DNA of 62,906 nt, filler included, from Octopus bimaculoides (Eukaryota): NCBI RefSeq assembly GCF_001194135.2. It is 3 parts of 3 records of this genome, joined end to end, with 100 filler letters (N's around TTAATTAATTAA, not from the genome) between each part and the next. Parts side by side here need not be neighbours in the genome. Positions count along the whole stretch, not along the records: positions 20,556 to 41,012 come from NC_068993.1; positions 41,113 to 62,906 come from NC_068983.1; 1 more part is not named here. One strand, given 5' to 3'. The position numbers were made by a program, and so were the translations under genes. The notes beneath the pieces are model-generated. The model was not told the DNA's origin and ran no database searches. It saw only the letters and a list, made by a program, of their open reading frames with translations. The stretch's first letter is position 1, and every line of letters begins with the position of its first letter. Shown here piece by piece: positions 38,063 to 50,412 of this stretch.

Positions 38063-39344
38063 GTAGAATAAGAGATAGGAAGGCTTTGGTACAATATTAA
38101 ATGTTTGATAAAATGATTAGAAATGGTTTTTCTGACAGTTTTTTCACTTTGATAATTAGATATTTACAAAAGATGATTCTGATCGGAGTTTCTTGCTTGA
38201 AGGCGGTATTCAAACTGATAATTTAGAGTCTATTTTTTTACTTAAATTGGGGGTATTTGATTACAAGCACAAACATATACAANNNNNNNNNNNNNNNNNN
38301 NNNNNNNNNNNNNNNNNNNNNNNNNNNNNNNNNNNNNNNNNNNNNNNNNNNNNNNNNNNNNNNNNNNNNNNNNNNNNNNNNNNNNNNNNNNNNNNNNNNN
38401 NNNNNNNNNNNNNNNNNNNNNNNNNNNNNNNNNNNNNNNNNNNNNNNNNNNNNNNNNNNNNNNNNNNNNNNNNNNNNNNNNNNNNNNNNNNNNNNNNNNN
38501 NNNNNNNNNNNNNNNNNNNNNNNNNNNNNNNNNNNNNNNNNNNNNNNNNNNNNNNNNNNNNNNNNNNNNNNNNNNNNNNNNNNNNNNNNNNNNNNNNNNN
38601 NNNNNNNNNNNNNNNNNNNNNNNNNNNNNNNNNNNNNNNNNNNNNNNNNNNNNNNNNNNNNNNNNNNNNNNNNNNNNNNNNNNNNNNNNNNNNNNNNNNN
38701 NNNNNNNNNNNNNNNNNNNNNNNNNNNNNNNNNNNNNNNNNNNNNNNNNNNNNNNNNNNNNNNNNNNNNNNNNNNNNNNNNNNNNNNNNNNNNNNNNNNN
38801 NNNNNNNNNNNNNNNNNNNNNNNNNNNNNNNNNNNNNNNNNNNNNNNNNNNNNNNNNNNNNNNNNNNNNNNNNNNNNNNNNNNNNNNNNNNNNNNNNNNN
38901 NNNNNNNNNNNNNNNNNNNNNNNNNNNNNNNNNNNNNNNNNNNNNNNNNNNNNNNNNNNNNNNNNNNNNNNNNNNNNNNNNNNNNNNNNNNNNNNNNNNN
39001 NNNNNNNNNNNNNNNNNNNNNNNNNNNNNNNNNNNNNNNNNNNNNNNNNNNNNNNNNNNNNNNNNNNNNNNNNNNNNNNNNNNNNNNNNNNNNNNNNNNN
39101 NNNNNNNNNNNNNNNNNNNNNNNNNNNNNNNNNNNNNNNNNNNNNNNNNNNNNNNNNNNNNNNNNNNNNNNGACAAATATGATGTTTTTACACCTTTTTA
39201 CCAGAAGAGAGAATTTTTTTCTATTACGGTAACTGCAATGAATTTGCGTTTAGAAGTTGAAATACGTCACAAGCATATTTTAACTAACCTAAAGTTCGCT
39301 TGCGCCTCAACACCGCTTGGCACAGATATTAATGTAATGTGTGT

Positions 39345-39380
<36 letters not shown>

Positions 39381-39556
39381 GTGTGTGTGTGTAGGTGTGT
39401 CTGTGTGTGTCTATGTCTGTGTGTGCGTGCGTGTGTGCGCACGTATCTCTGTGTCTGTGTGTCTATGTAGACACATGGAATATGCATGTATGTATGCATG
39501 TATGTATGTATGTATATATGTATGCATGTATGTATTGATTTTGTTTCTTTTTCTAG

Positions 39557-39702
39557 GAAGGGATCAAAGACCAATGAGCTACTTCATTCTTGCTACGATA
39601 ATTTAAAAAAATGTGATCAAATTAGGACGATCTCAGATCTATTAGGGATAAATATCTCCCGTTTGACGGAGACCGACGAGAAGCTGTGTAAAAACGAAGA
39701 AG
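39557..39702 (+). CDS. Paralog C exon 3 (exons 4-5 missing beyond the scaffold join)
   Basis: TTTCTTTTTCTAG acceptor, G|GTAAGG donor; KGSKTNELLHSCYDNLKKCDQIRTISDLLGINISRLTETDEKLCKNEE. Confidence 0.87.
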
Positions 39703-39861
39703 GTAAGGTTAAGTTTTCTTCTTGTTAATGCTTTCTTCTGGTCATTGCTGGTTAAGCATTACAACCTAGAAGCTGTCCACTCCAACACTTGTCGTACAGA
39801 GCATTGCCGTCAGTATATATCTTCGTTAATAGTTGTTTCGATTTTTGTTCATATCTAACAC

Positions 39862-40560
39862 AATCGTGAGGAGATCTTAATACTCGGACGCTGGACGAGA
39901 GCGTGCAGAACAATTTGGTCGCCCGGCGCGCACCTCAGGCAGACCCGGCTGACAGACCTTCCATGCTTGTAGTGTGGAGCAAGCAATGCCCTCACCCAGT
40001 CAACGATTTCTGGAAACTATCCATGGGCTCCGAACTGAAAGTCCTTCAGCTCATTCTCGTCGATACCTAGAATCTCCCCGAGAACGTCATCACACTTTCC
40101 CGCTACTAAGCCTTATATAACACCAGAGTGGAAATCCTACCGACTGCATTGACGGGCTGATAGGCGATTGTGAGCGCCTAACGACACTTTAGGCGCCAGG
40201 TGCTCTGCCTCGGTGTATGCTTGATCCAGGACTACAGCTCAGTCAAAGAGACGAGCTGTGAATAATCCTGTTTTACAAACGGCGACCACACCTACTCACC
40301 GTCAAAGAAACACTGAAGAAATCGTAGCCTCGGTGCATATCTGTGCATCAGCAGCCATGGCATGACCAGTCCTCCATTCAGGGTATTTTGACAGCAAATG
40401 GCGCGCCTTGACCAGTGGAACGCATCCGTTCCAAAGAAGTGGGAAGAGTATGCGCTCCAGTTTGGTTGGACGTAAACCGGAGCAAGACACGACAGTCAGG
40501 TTGTAGTGTATGACGGAAGCGATGTGAGGATTCATCACTTTCACCCGGCCTTTCAGAGAT
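39862..40560 (-). mobile_element. L1/Tx1-clade LINE ORF2 3' fragment inserted in intron 3 of paralog C
   Basis: Minus-strand LERILFPLLWNGCVPLV..., GKCDDVLGEILGIDENELK and YKHGRSVSRVCLRCAPGDQIVLHALVQ (degenerate CxxC...H zinc finger); absent from intron 3 of A and B. Confidence 0.7.
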
Positions 40561-40963
40561 AGGTTTCTCTCTATTTATGGCTGAGATTGGCTACCCTGCT
40601 CGTGACTTTGTCCTAGTTCTTGTACACATAGAATTCTGGACCAAACCAGACCCCCCCCCCAGCATTTTAACTGATTCTCTGTCGATGGGCCACACTACAG
40701 GCCTAGTGCCTTCTCATGGTCAATTTTTGCTCCTATATTCTTTTAGAACAGTGCTTACCAAGGCTATGTACCGATACGGTTCTCCTACGTCCAAGATACA
40801 ATCCTAAACAGCAATTACTTTGCCGACAGTGTGGTAAATGTCGATGTTACAAACACTACACCTCTTCACTTTTTCCTTTTGTCTTTATAACAGCATTTCC
40901 TGCGAATCTCAACTTGTATGTTCTCTATTACACCTGCGAAATATTCACTGCGTACACGCGCGT

Positions 40964-41012
<49 letters not shown>

Positions 41013-41112
41013 NNNNNNNNNNNNNNNNNNNNNNNNNNNNNNNNNNNNNNNNNNNNTTAATTAATTAANNNNNNNNNNNNNNNNNNNNNNNNNNNNNNNN
41101 NNNNNNNNNNNN
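41013..41112. other. Artificial scaffold-join spacer 44N-TTAATTAATTAA-44N
   Basis: Same 100-bp structure as 20456-20555. Confidence 0.92.
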
Positions 41113-41148
<36 letters not shown>

Positions 41149-42109
41149 CATCTATCTCTGCTCAGAGATACTCTATGCGCTTGCAACAAATAAAATGAGA
41201 TACAAATCGTGATTTGAATCGCTGAAAAGATGCAGATCAGAATAGATTTGTTTATTTTTATTGCATGACGGAAGTATTAATGTGGAAAAGATTATCGTTA
41301 TCTTCATCATTTATTTCTGTACATTACATTATTTAATTGATTTATTTTAAAATCGTTTATATGAATTATAGATAGAAAAGAATTTAAATCATATCCTTGA
41401 GAGATTTCACTTGCTATGTAGTTTAGATATAAACTAATTCTATCTCCTGCTACCCAGTACTTTCGATACTATTCACAATAAACCATTATTTATCTGTTTG
41501 GTCGTACATGATAATTTAGGATTTGTAATATTCCATTGTTAAAATATTAACTGCATACAAGGAAAAAAAAACGTATTTTAGTGGTTAGTAACAACTTCAC
41601 AAGAACTTCGAGTTCAATAAATATACTCCACAGGTGATCCTATTGTCATTGCATTCCATATATAATGACACTGGCGTTTATTGTTTCCATTGCGAAATAG
41701 ATTAGTTTTCACTTAAGCTATCAAACATGGGAGTTTTGAAAGGAAACGGTGCAAATAAGTGTAGATAAAATGATCGAAAGCTTTGGCTAATATTTAATAA
41801 TTCGATGGTGGAATAAGTTACATACAACAATAAAGAGTTGTTGTAAATGAGTAAATGCATTAGTTTCACTGCACTCAACTCTGAGTTACAATTTCACCAG
41901 GGGGTAACTTTGTCACTTTGTCTTTCATCTGTCCGTTCGGGATGAGATAAAGCATGGTCATATCGCGTATCAAAGCGAGAAGTTGGCCCCTTATCCCACC
42001 GTTGGCTTTGATCCTAAATAGCAAATCATTTCATAAGTAGCCTTACATACATACATACATCATACATACATGCATATATACATACATACATCCATACACA
42101 TATACATAC

Positions 42110-42154
<45 letters not shown>

Positions 42155-42380
42155 TATATAAATATATATTTGCATACATCTCTCTCCCTCTCTTTTTCTC
42201 TCTCTCTTTTTCTCTCTCTCTTTAATATATATATTTGTGTGTGTGTGCGTGCGTACATGTATTCATATCTATCTACTGCTCTATATATACACACATATGC
42301 ACACACTTAAATGTATATATATGTGTGTGTGTGTGCATGTGTACATGTGTGTGTGTGTGTATACACATAGATAGATAGAG

Positions 42381-42427
<47 letters not shown>

Positions 42428-42853
42428 GTTTCATGTGAAGTTTCAACTGTTTTTACTTAATGGACATTACTTTAAACATTTATTGGCTAGATTTGTAAGC
42501 AGAAGATAAAAGAACGTAACCAAATAACGCAAGGACAATTTTCCCCGTGATTTCCAATCTCGGAAGCTCAAACGATTCGTCCTGAAATTATTATCAACAA
42601 GAACAACAACAACAGCAGCTGCAGCAACAAAGAGAGAATTGAGAATGATACATAATATTAACATCGGTGCAAAGCCGTACATTTTTGCTTAAGAAGTCCT
42701 GGGCTCAATTATATCGATTTTAGGAATCACTCGATATATCTTAAAGACGGAGAGGTTGAAAGTAAAAGTCACCCGTTGGTTGTAAACCAATGTGACTGAA
42801 GGATCTTGAGGTGATTTTTTTCCTCCGTGGCTCTAATGGTACTAGAAATATGA

Positions 42854-43221
42854 TGTTGTTGGCACTCCGTCGCTTACGACGTCGAGGGTTCCCTTTGATC
42901 CGATCAACGGAACAGCCTACTCGTGAAATTAACGTGCAAGTGGCTGAGCACTCCACAGACACGTGTACCCTTAACGTAGTTCTCGGGGATATTCAGCGTG
43001 ACACAGTGTGACAAGGCTGACCCTTTGAATTACAGACACAACAGAAACAGGAAGTAAGAGTGAGAGAAAGTTGTGGTGGAAGAGTACAGCAGGGTCCGCC
43101 ACCATCCCCTGCCGGAGCCTCGTGAAGCTTTAGGTGTTTTCGCTCAATAAACACTCACAACGCACAGTCAGGGAATCGAAACCGCGAGTCCGCTGCCCTA
43201 ACCACTGGGCCATTGCGCCTC
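42854..43221 (-). mobile_element. Full-length SINE family B
   Basis: Reverse complement of 27026-27410, apart from a short deletion; possible TSD ACTA(G/C)AAATAT on the flanks. Confidence 0.9.
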
Positions 43222-43604
43222 TACACTACAAATATACTACGCTAACAATGACAATAAAAAAAAATTATTGATTTTAAATTTTCACACTAAGTCATCAATT
43301 TCAGGTGATTGGGTAATTAGTTCTCGACTGGTACTTAATTTGTGCCAAAATTTGTAATTTATGGCATTAATCTACACAGTTAAGTAGACTTAGATATTTG
43401 AAGATTATTGTCCCACGTAAATGAACGAACAGGCGTCATTTGGTAAGGAGTTAATGAAAGCTCAACCTGTTGTAGCTTTCGATGACCTTTGAAACAGAAT
43501 CTGCAAGATAACATTGACCAGATTGCGTGAAGGGTCCTTTTAGTTTTTCATGTGTTTGTTTATGCTGTTAAACCCCAAGTCCGTCGTGGTTAAGCATATC
43601 TGCT

Positions 43605-44050
43605 TTTGGTTTTAAATTTTGACACGGGGCCAGCAGATTTTGAAGAGAGGAAGTCGATTACATCGACCCTAGTACTTAACTCGTACTTATTTTATCGACC
43701 CCCGAAACAATGAAAGGCAAAGTCGACCAAGGCAGAATTTAAACTCAGAACATAAAGACAGACAAAATGCCGCTAACCATTTTGTCCGTTGTACAAGTGA
43801 TTCTGCCAGCTCGCCACCTTATATGAGAACAAATTATAGCTTTCATATTTTGGCACAAGGCCAGTAATTTCGGGGGAAGGGTAACTGATTACATCGACCG
43901 CAGTGAGCAACTGATATTTATTTAATCTATCCCCAGAAAACGAAAGGCGAAACCGACTTCGGTGGAATTTGAACTCAGAATGCAAAGACGGACAAAATTT
44001 CGTTAAGCATTTCGCCCGGTGTGCTAACGATTCTGCTACTCTCACGCCCT
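43605..44050 (-). mobile_element. Two tandem SINE family A copies
   Basis: Same body as 480-1212, with most CpGs retained. Confidence 0.85.
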
Positions 44051-44384
44051 ATAATAATAGATTGCTAAATACCATTTTTATTTATGTACCATCACATGTT
44101 TATACCATTCTCTTTACTACAAGCAGTTATATCTATACAACATATATAACATATTTGTCCATTTTATCGCTTTTCAGAAACGTCTTTACTTGGTATGGAC
44201 TATCTCACAAGATTTCATCCCCACTTGCTTCAAACAGCAGCATTACTAGCCGCCATTTTCAAAGTGGGTTCTTTTGTGTTTTGTTTTTGTTTTTTGTGCT
44301 AGCTGACCTTATCGACTAAAGTGATGTTCTTATCTGTCTGTATTTATTTTATCGATTTATATATATATATATATAATAATAATA

Positions 44385-44560
44385 TTATTAGGGACAAAAT
44401 CCAAAATTACAGGTAAAAAACTCAATTAAAATCAATTTATAAAAAATTAAAATTAAATTGAGCCTTATAGATAAAGTATATATAAAATATATATAATTTT
44501 AGGGAAAATAACCAATTTTCAAGAACTCATCGATGAAAATCCCCTATCACATATAGAAAA
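44385..44560. repeat. AT-rich interspersed repeat module (second copy at 59425-59560)
   Basis: TAGGGACAAAATCCAAAATTACAGGTAAAAA(A)CTCAATTAAAATCAATTTATAAAAAATTAAAATTAAATTG occurs in both places. Confidence 0.75.
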
Positions 44561-44829
44561 ATTAATATATATATATATATATATATTGACTCGTACATTT
44601 ACACATTTTAACAAAATACCAGTCCTTTAAGCATAAATGTAGGCGCGGACCCAGACATCTAAAGCGTACAATACATATTCACATAAATGCCCACACATAC
44701 ATACAGAACGTATAAATGTACATACGTACATATATAAATATACACATCTATGAATATATATATGTATGTATTAATGTTTTAAAGTCAAAACGGTGCAAGT
44801 AAGTTAAAATATTAAAACTACAGGTCGAT

Positions 44830-45700
44830 GATTAATGCTCATTACCTGGTATTTCAATATTTCAGGGTTAGGTCCCCTTCTTCAGAAAATATACGCAGAA
44901 AAGGTGTTGATAACTCACCTTTCTGCTCTGTAGCATGTATACAAGAAACGTTGTTTGGCGTTGCTGTAGCAGCCTTTCGGTTACGCGCAGCTCTGGTCTG
45001 TTATTTATTTGCAGGCTGTACTTGTTGATTAAAATAGCTTCTTTTATTCTCAAGCTCCCAGTATTACTTTCTATACCTTCAATGGAAACTTGGATGCCTT
45101 ACTTGTGGCATTTCTGTGGCTGGCTGCATTTTTTAAAAATATTTTATATATGCTTTTTTACAGAAGAAGCATTAGGACAGAGGTATCTTTTAACCCGTAT
45201 ATGAACTTCTCTGATGCTGCTTCCGACGTAGAATTCGGTATATTCGCTACATATGATTTTATACATCACGTAGGCCCACAAGACATATATATTCAGGTCT
45301 GATCTGGTAACTAGGCAATGTAGATAAGGTTTTGTTTTGTGTTGGCCTGTTTTTAGTTAGGAACCTTCTCAAGGAAGGTCCAGAATGTTCCAGTCGTAGA
45401 TTCAATCCCTTAGCGTTTAGTGAAAGTGCATGGACTGTCACTCTCCATCGAGAATTTTCTGAATTGTATGGCGTTGGGGTTTTTGTTCCTGCCCCGCTAC
45501 ATTTACTACGCACCCATTGGACCTCGTTTCGAACCTGGGTCATCTTATCCCTGACGAGCAGGGATGAATTATAATGTACAAATAGACCCTGGTATGCAGC
45601 TTTCCTGTAAGAGTTAGTAACAATTGAGCTCTTCACTGTGATTTTGAATTCAAAGTTAAGCAAAGATAAGAAACCATTGCTTTTGAGATGCTCGATTTCA
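44830..45700 (-). mobile_element. Decayed Penelope-like element (RT C-terminus plus GIY-YIG endonuclease)
   Basis: Minus-strand TNSYRKAAYQGLFVHYNS...KCS; YKIICSEYTEFYVGSSIREVHIRV (GIY-YIG-like); RIKEAILINKYSLQINNR. Confidence 0.75.
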
Positions 45701-46467
45701 AATTCTATTTATTTCGATATTGTTGAACATATTGCAAATTCATATTTTTAAAAGTCTCCTTGCGATATGATGCTTACATGAGAATGTCATCAACGTATCT
45801 GACAACAAAGTCCCAACAATGACAGTTTATGTGTGCCTCGTATACTAACCGGTCAATGTATATATAAGATGACCAGTAGGCCAGATAAGTTTGACCACGT
45901 CAGTCAGCAGTCCAGATATTATTTGCTTGTAAATGGACCCTTCGACCGGCTTCCAGGCAGTTTCTGTCTCCTAAATTCCCTCACATAGTATTGGTCGGCT
46001 CGGAGTCACAGTAAAACCGGAACTGAACCCGAAACCACGTGGTTGCAGGCAGAGTTCCTTTAACACGCAGCCATTCCTACGCCCATATAAACATACACCA
46101 GCAGCACGCATGCGCGCACATTCTCGTCTGCAAACTTTCCGTCTATTAAATTTCAGAGGGTTGCAATTGCAATAGAAGATACTCGCCCTTGGTGCCACGC
46201 AACAGGGACGACTCCAGAACGATGGCACCCTGTAGCTTGGAATTTTACATCTTAGCTACGATCTTCTGCCTTTCAGATGATACTTTTATTACCATTACTT
46301 CTCAAGTCATTCATATCACTCTTTTAGTTACGTGGCTTCAATTCCAACATCCATTTCCTTCTTAAAAGCACGAATGTTATAAAGCCGTTGCTCTCTTATT
46401 CTCTCTCTCCTTCTCATTCTCTCATTCTCTCATTCTCTCATTCTCTCTCCCCTTCTGTTTCTCTCAT

Positions 46468-46534
<67 letters not shown>

Positions 46535-46547
46535 TCGTGTGTGTGTA

Positions 46548-46619
<72 letters not shown>

Positions 46620-46861
46620 GTTCAACATAAAATTGCAGTGCATTTTATTTCTTTTTATGTATTTTTCACTGCAATTTTTCACATGCAACTTTTTTCTCGA
46701 ATTTTTTTTACTATATGCAAACACACACGCACACGCACGCGCGCGCGCATACACGCACGCACTCACACATACATACACATACGCACACACACTCACACGC
46801 ACATATATTTACATGAGAGATTGTGAGAGAGCGAGTGACAGAAGTATATAAAGAGAAAAGT

Positions 46862-46954
<93 letters not shown>

Positions 46955-48019
46955 GCTGGTAGATACATACATACATACATACATACATACATCTTTCTCT
47001 CTCGATATATATTTGTATATATGCTTCTCTGTCGCCCCCTCTTTCTTTTAAACGAATAGGTTAATCAGGAAAACGGCAACAGGAAATCCCTCCAGTCTAC
47101 ATTCCCAAAGACACAATGGCAGATTTATAGCAAACTTACCACCGGAAACTGTCGAGTTTTTGCAAAAATACTGCCAGTAAGTATGTTTAAGTATATATAA
47201 GATGGTCTGTGTATGCATATGCGAGTGTATATACGCACACGTGTGTATTTATACGGATGTATGTAGCTTTTTTGAAATTTTAGTTGAAGAAACATTTTGA
47301 AAATAAGGCATTAGATGGGAGATTATTGAAATGGAGGAATGGTTACTTCGTTATTTCATTATTATTTATTCCAGTGTAGTATTCTAACGTTACACTACTA
47401 CATTGATTTAATTAAATTCAGCTGAATCAACCAGTTACAAAGGAGTTATTGTAACTTGAGAAATATCACTCCGGGAATATTTCATAATTAAATTTTGAGA
47501 CCAGTCAACATACGAACTAACAAAAAAATCTTTGAGTCAACGAGGGAACCGAACCACTATGCAGTCACTCAATCTTCTAGAAATAGCAGGCAAATATCCT
47601 TCTAATCATGCACCGCTGTATTAGGAAAACAAAACGACGCAAGTGCCTGTTTGTTTAAGAAGCTTAGTTCCCAACCATGTGGCCTTGGGTTCAGTACGGC
47701 ACATTGGGTAAGTATTTTCTATTATTGTCCCGGACTGATCAAAACCTTGTGAATGGATTTGACTGACAGAAACTGAAAAAATACGCGTCGTGTATATACG
47801 TATATATGTATCATGGTAAGAGGTTTTCTTCCCTACTATTAATCAACGCCTCTGTACTTCTATCCCAGTACATCTCTATACGCATCCATATACATGAGTC
47901 GCTCCCTACCGGTTTCACGTCTCAAATATTACAACATTCCCATCTTGTTTCTAACACTTCCCCTTCTTTTATGTTTTCAATGACCATCTTTCTTACTTGC
48001 CGTTTGCTCCTCGTTTTAT

Positions 48020-48055
48020 TCTTCTGATGACGAACTAACATTCGAAACGTTAAGA
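48020..48055 (+). ncRNA. Minimal type I hammerhead ribozyme motif, PLE pLTR-like
   Basis: TCTT-CTGATGA-C-GAA(CTAACA)TTC-GAAACGT-T-AAGA: intact core, stem I TCTT/AAGA, stem II GAA/TTC, palindromic ACGT stem III. Confidence 0.55.
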
Positions 48056-48377
48056 CGCATTCTTAAACATTCCACCAAACTAGGACCACATTCGACAAAA
48101 TTTCATCTTCCTGGACTGTTCTTTTAACTGCTTGCTGTCTTTATATCCTATATAAGTATCTAAGTGTATAACCATCTTTAACTATGAAGACGTGTATTTA
48201 TTCGCAGATACTTAAATGTTTCCGACAGTAATTTTCATGAGTTATTCCAGAGAAGAACTATATCATTCTCAGAAAGTATTTTATGCAATGAGATATAGTT
48301 TCTCAAAAGTTAAAGATTGTTGGTTAAAGAACACATGATAGTCTTAGTGACAGTATAAACGCAAACCTTTCCATAGG

Positions 48378-48784
48378 TACTCTTTTACTCTTTTACTTGT
48401 TTCAGTCATTTGACTGCGGCCATGCTGGAGCACCACCTTTAGTCGAGAAAATCGACCCCAGGACTTATTCTTTGTAAGCCTAGTACTTATTCTATCAGTC
48501 TCGTTTTGCCGAACCGCTAAGTTACGGGGACGTAAACACACCACAATTGGTTGTCAAGCGATGTTGGGGGGACAAACACAGACACACTAACACACATACA
48601 TATATATGTATACATATATACGACGGGCTTCTTTCAGTTTCCGTCTACCATATCCACTCACAAGGCTTTGGTCGGCCCGATGCTATAGTAGAAGACACTT
48701 GCCCAAGGTGCCACGCAGTGGGTCTGAACCCGGAACCATGTGGTTGGTAAGCAAGCTACTTACCACACAGCCACTCCTACGCCT
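48378..48784 (-). mobile_element. Full-length tRNA-derived SINE family C
   Basis: TACTCTTTTACTTGTTTCAGTCATTTGACTGCGGCCATGCTGGAGCAC...CCCAAGGTGCCACGCAGTGGG.CTGAACCCGGAACC...CACAGCCACTCCT; related copies at 59085-59752, 51905-52320 and 45880-46085. Confidence 0.88.
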
Positions 48785-48904
48785 AGTTCAACATTTTATA
48801 TCGATTTGCTCCATAATCAATTGCATTCTATCAAAACACAGGTGTAGAGAGCTTAAGAACAAATAATAAAATCACCTCATTTAAATTAATCAATAGCATT
48901 ATTT

Positions 48905-49105
48905 TCAATTTTTCAGCACAAGGCCAGCAATTTCGGAAACGTGAGTAAGTTGATTACATCAATCCCATGATCAACTGGGATTGATATTATTGTCCCACCC
49001 CCGAAAGGATGAAAGACAAAATTGGTACGCGTTAGTATTTGAACACAGAACGTAAAGTCGAAAGCATTTTCTCCGGTGCAATAACGACCCTGCCAACTCG
49101 CTGCC
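48905..49105 (-). mobile_element. SINE family A
   Basis: GCACAAGGCCAGCAATTTCG...CCGAAAGGATGAAAG...AACTCGCTGCCT. Confidence 0.75.
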
Positions 49106-49304
49106 TAATTAATCAATATTATTCAAACTTATACAATTAATTCGATTAAATTAAAAATACAACACGTCACTTCTTAACTACTTTCTAGATAACTTTTTTT
49201 TCTTCTTCCAATATGTGAAATACGCTGCAGTCCAACCATTTCTTTTCCAAATCAGTACAGCACTTTCTTTACCAATATTTTCATTATATCATTTGTCGGT
49301 TGAG

Positions 49305-49335
<31 letters not shown>

Positions 49336-49797
49336 TTCTGCTTTCCGTGTGGGATTTAAAATGTTCGCTTATGTTTTCCTCTTCGTATCCCACAGCAGTA
49401 GACGTCGTGTCCATCGAGCCTTTGAATCCAAATCATTTCCAAAGGAATTCCCACGACTTGACTGCCTTTTACTTCTGACTGTATTTCCAGATATTCTTAT
49501 GCCTTTTAAATCATTTATCCCAAGAGTTTTTCGTTTTTGTTTATAGCGGAGAGCAACTTCATTGTTACACACACATCACCTTACATTTCGCTCTCTTTCT
49601 CCAGATATATGTGTGTGTGTGTATGTATGTATGTATGTATGTATGTATGTATGTATGTGTGTGTGTATTTATCTATATATCTATATATCTATCTATCTAT
49701 CTATCTATCTACCTATCTATTTATCTATCTATCTATCTATCTATATATCTATATATATATATATATATCCCCCCCTCTCTCTCTCTCNNNNNNNNNN

Positions 49798-49828
<31 letters not shown>

Positions 49829-50368
49829 CTCCTCCTCTTTCCTTCGCTCCATATCTCATACCACCTTTTTCCATCTCTATTTTCTTTACGCTTACGATAC
49901 TTTCATAGAAACGTTAATATTTGATTTGAACATACCTGAAAATATTTCCAACAAAAGGACATACATTCATGCGATGCCAAAATTAATTAAGCTACAGTAA
50001 CACATTTTTGGAAGAGCTATCATTGTATGGCGAACAAATCAAATTAAGTTTCGATATGTTCTGTACTAATAAAGAGATTCGTGTGTTGACAGGAATTCTC
50101 ACTAGAAAGCTTTTGTATCATTTAGAATAAAAGAAACAAGAAACAGAAGCAAAAAACCCCAACACGATAGAAATATTTATAAGTGGTGGTTGAGGATTCA
50201 ATAGAGATTCCGCCTCTTAACAAGTTTCAATATAATTTGGTTACACCTGTTTGAAATAAACAATAATTACAAAGTCTTCAAAATCACTCACCTTCTCTTT
50301 CGTCATTTACCCTCTGTCACTTCCCATCACATTTCCTCTTAACTCTTACTCACTCTTTTGTCTCTCTC

Positions 50369-50412
<44 letters not shown>

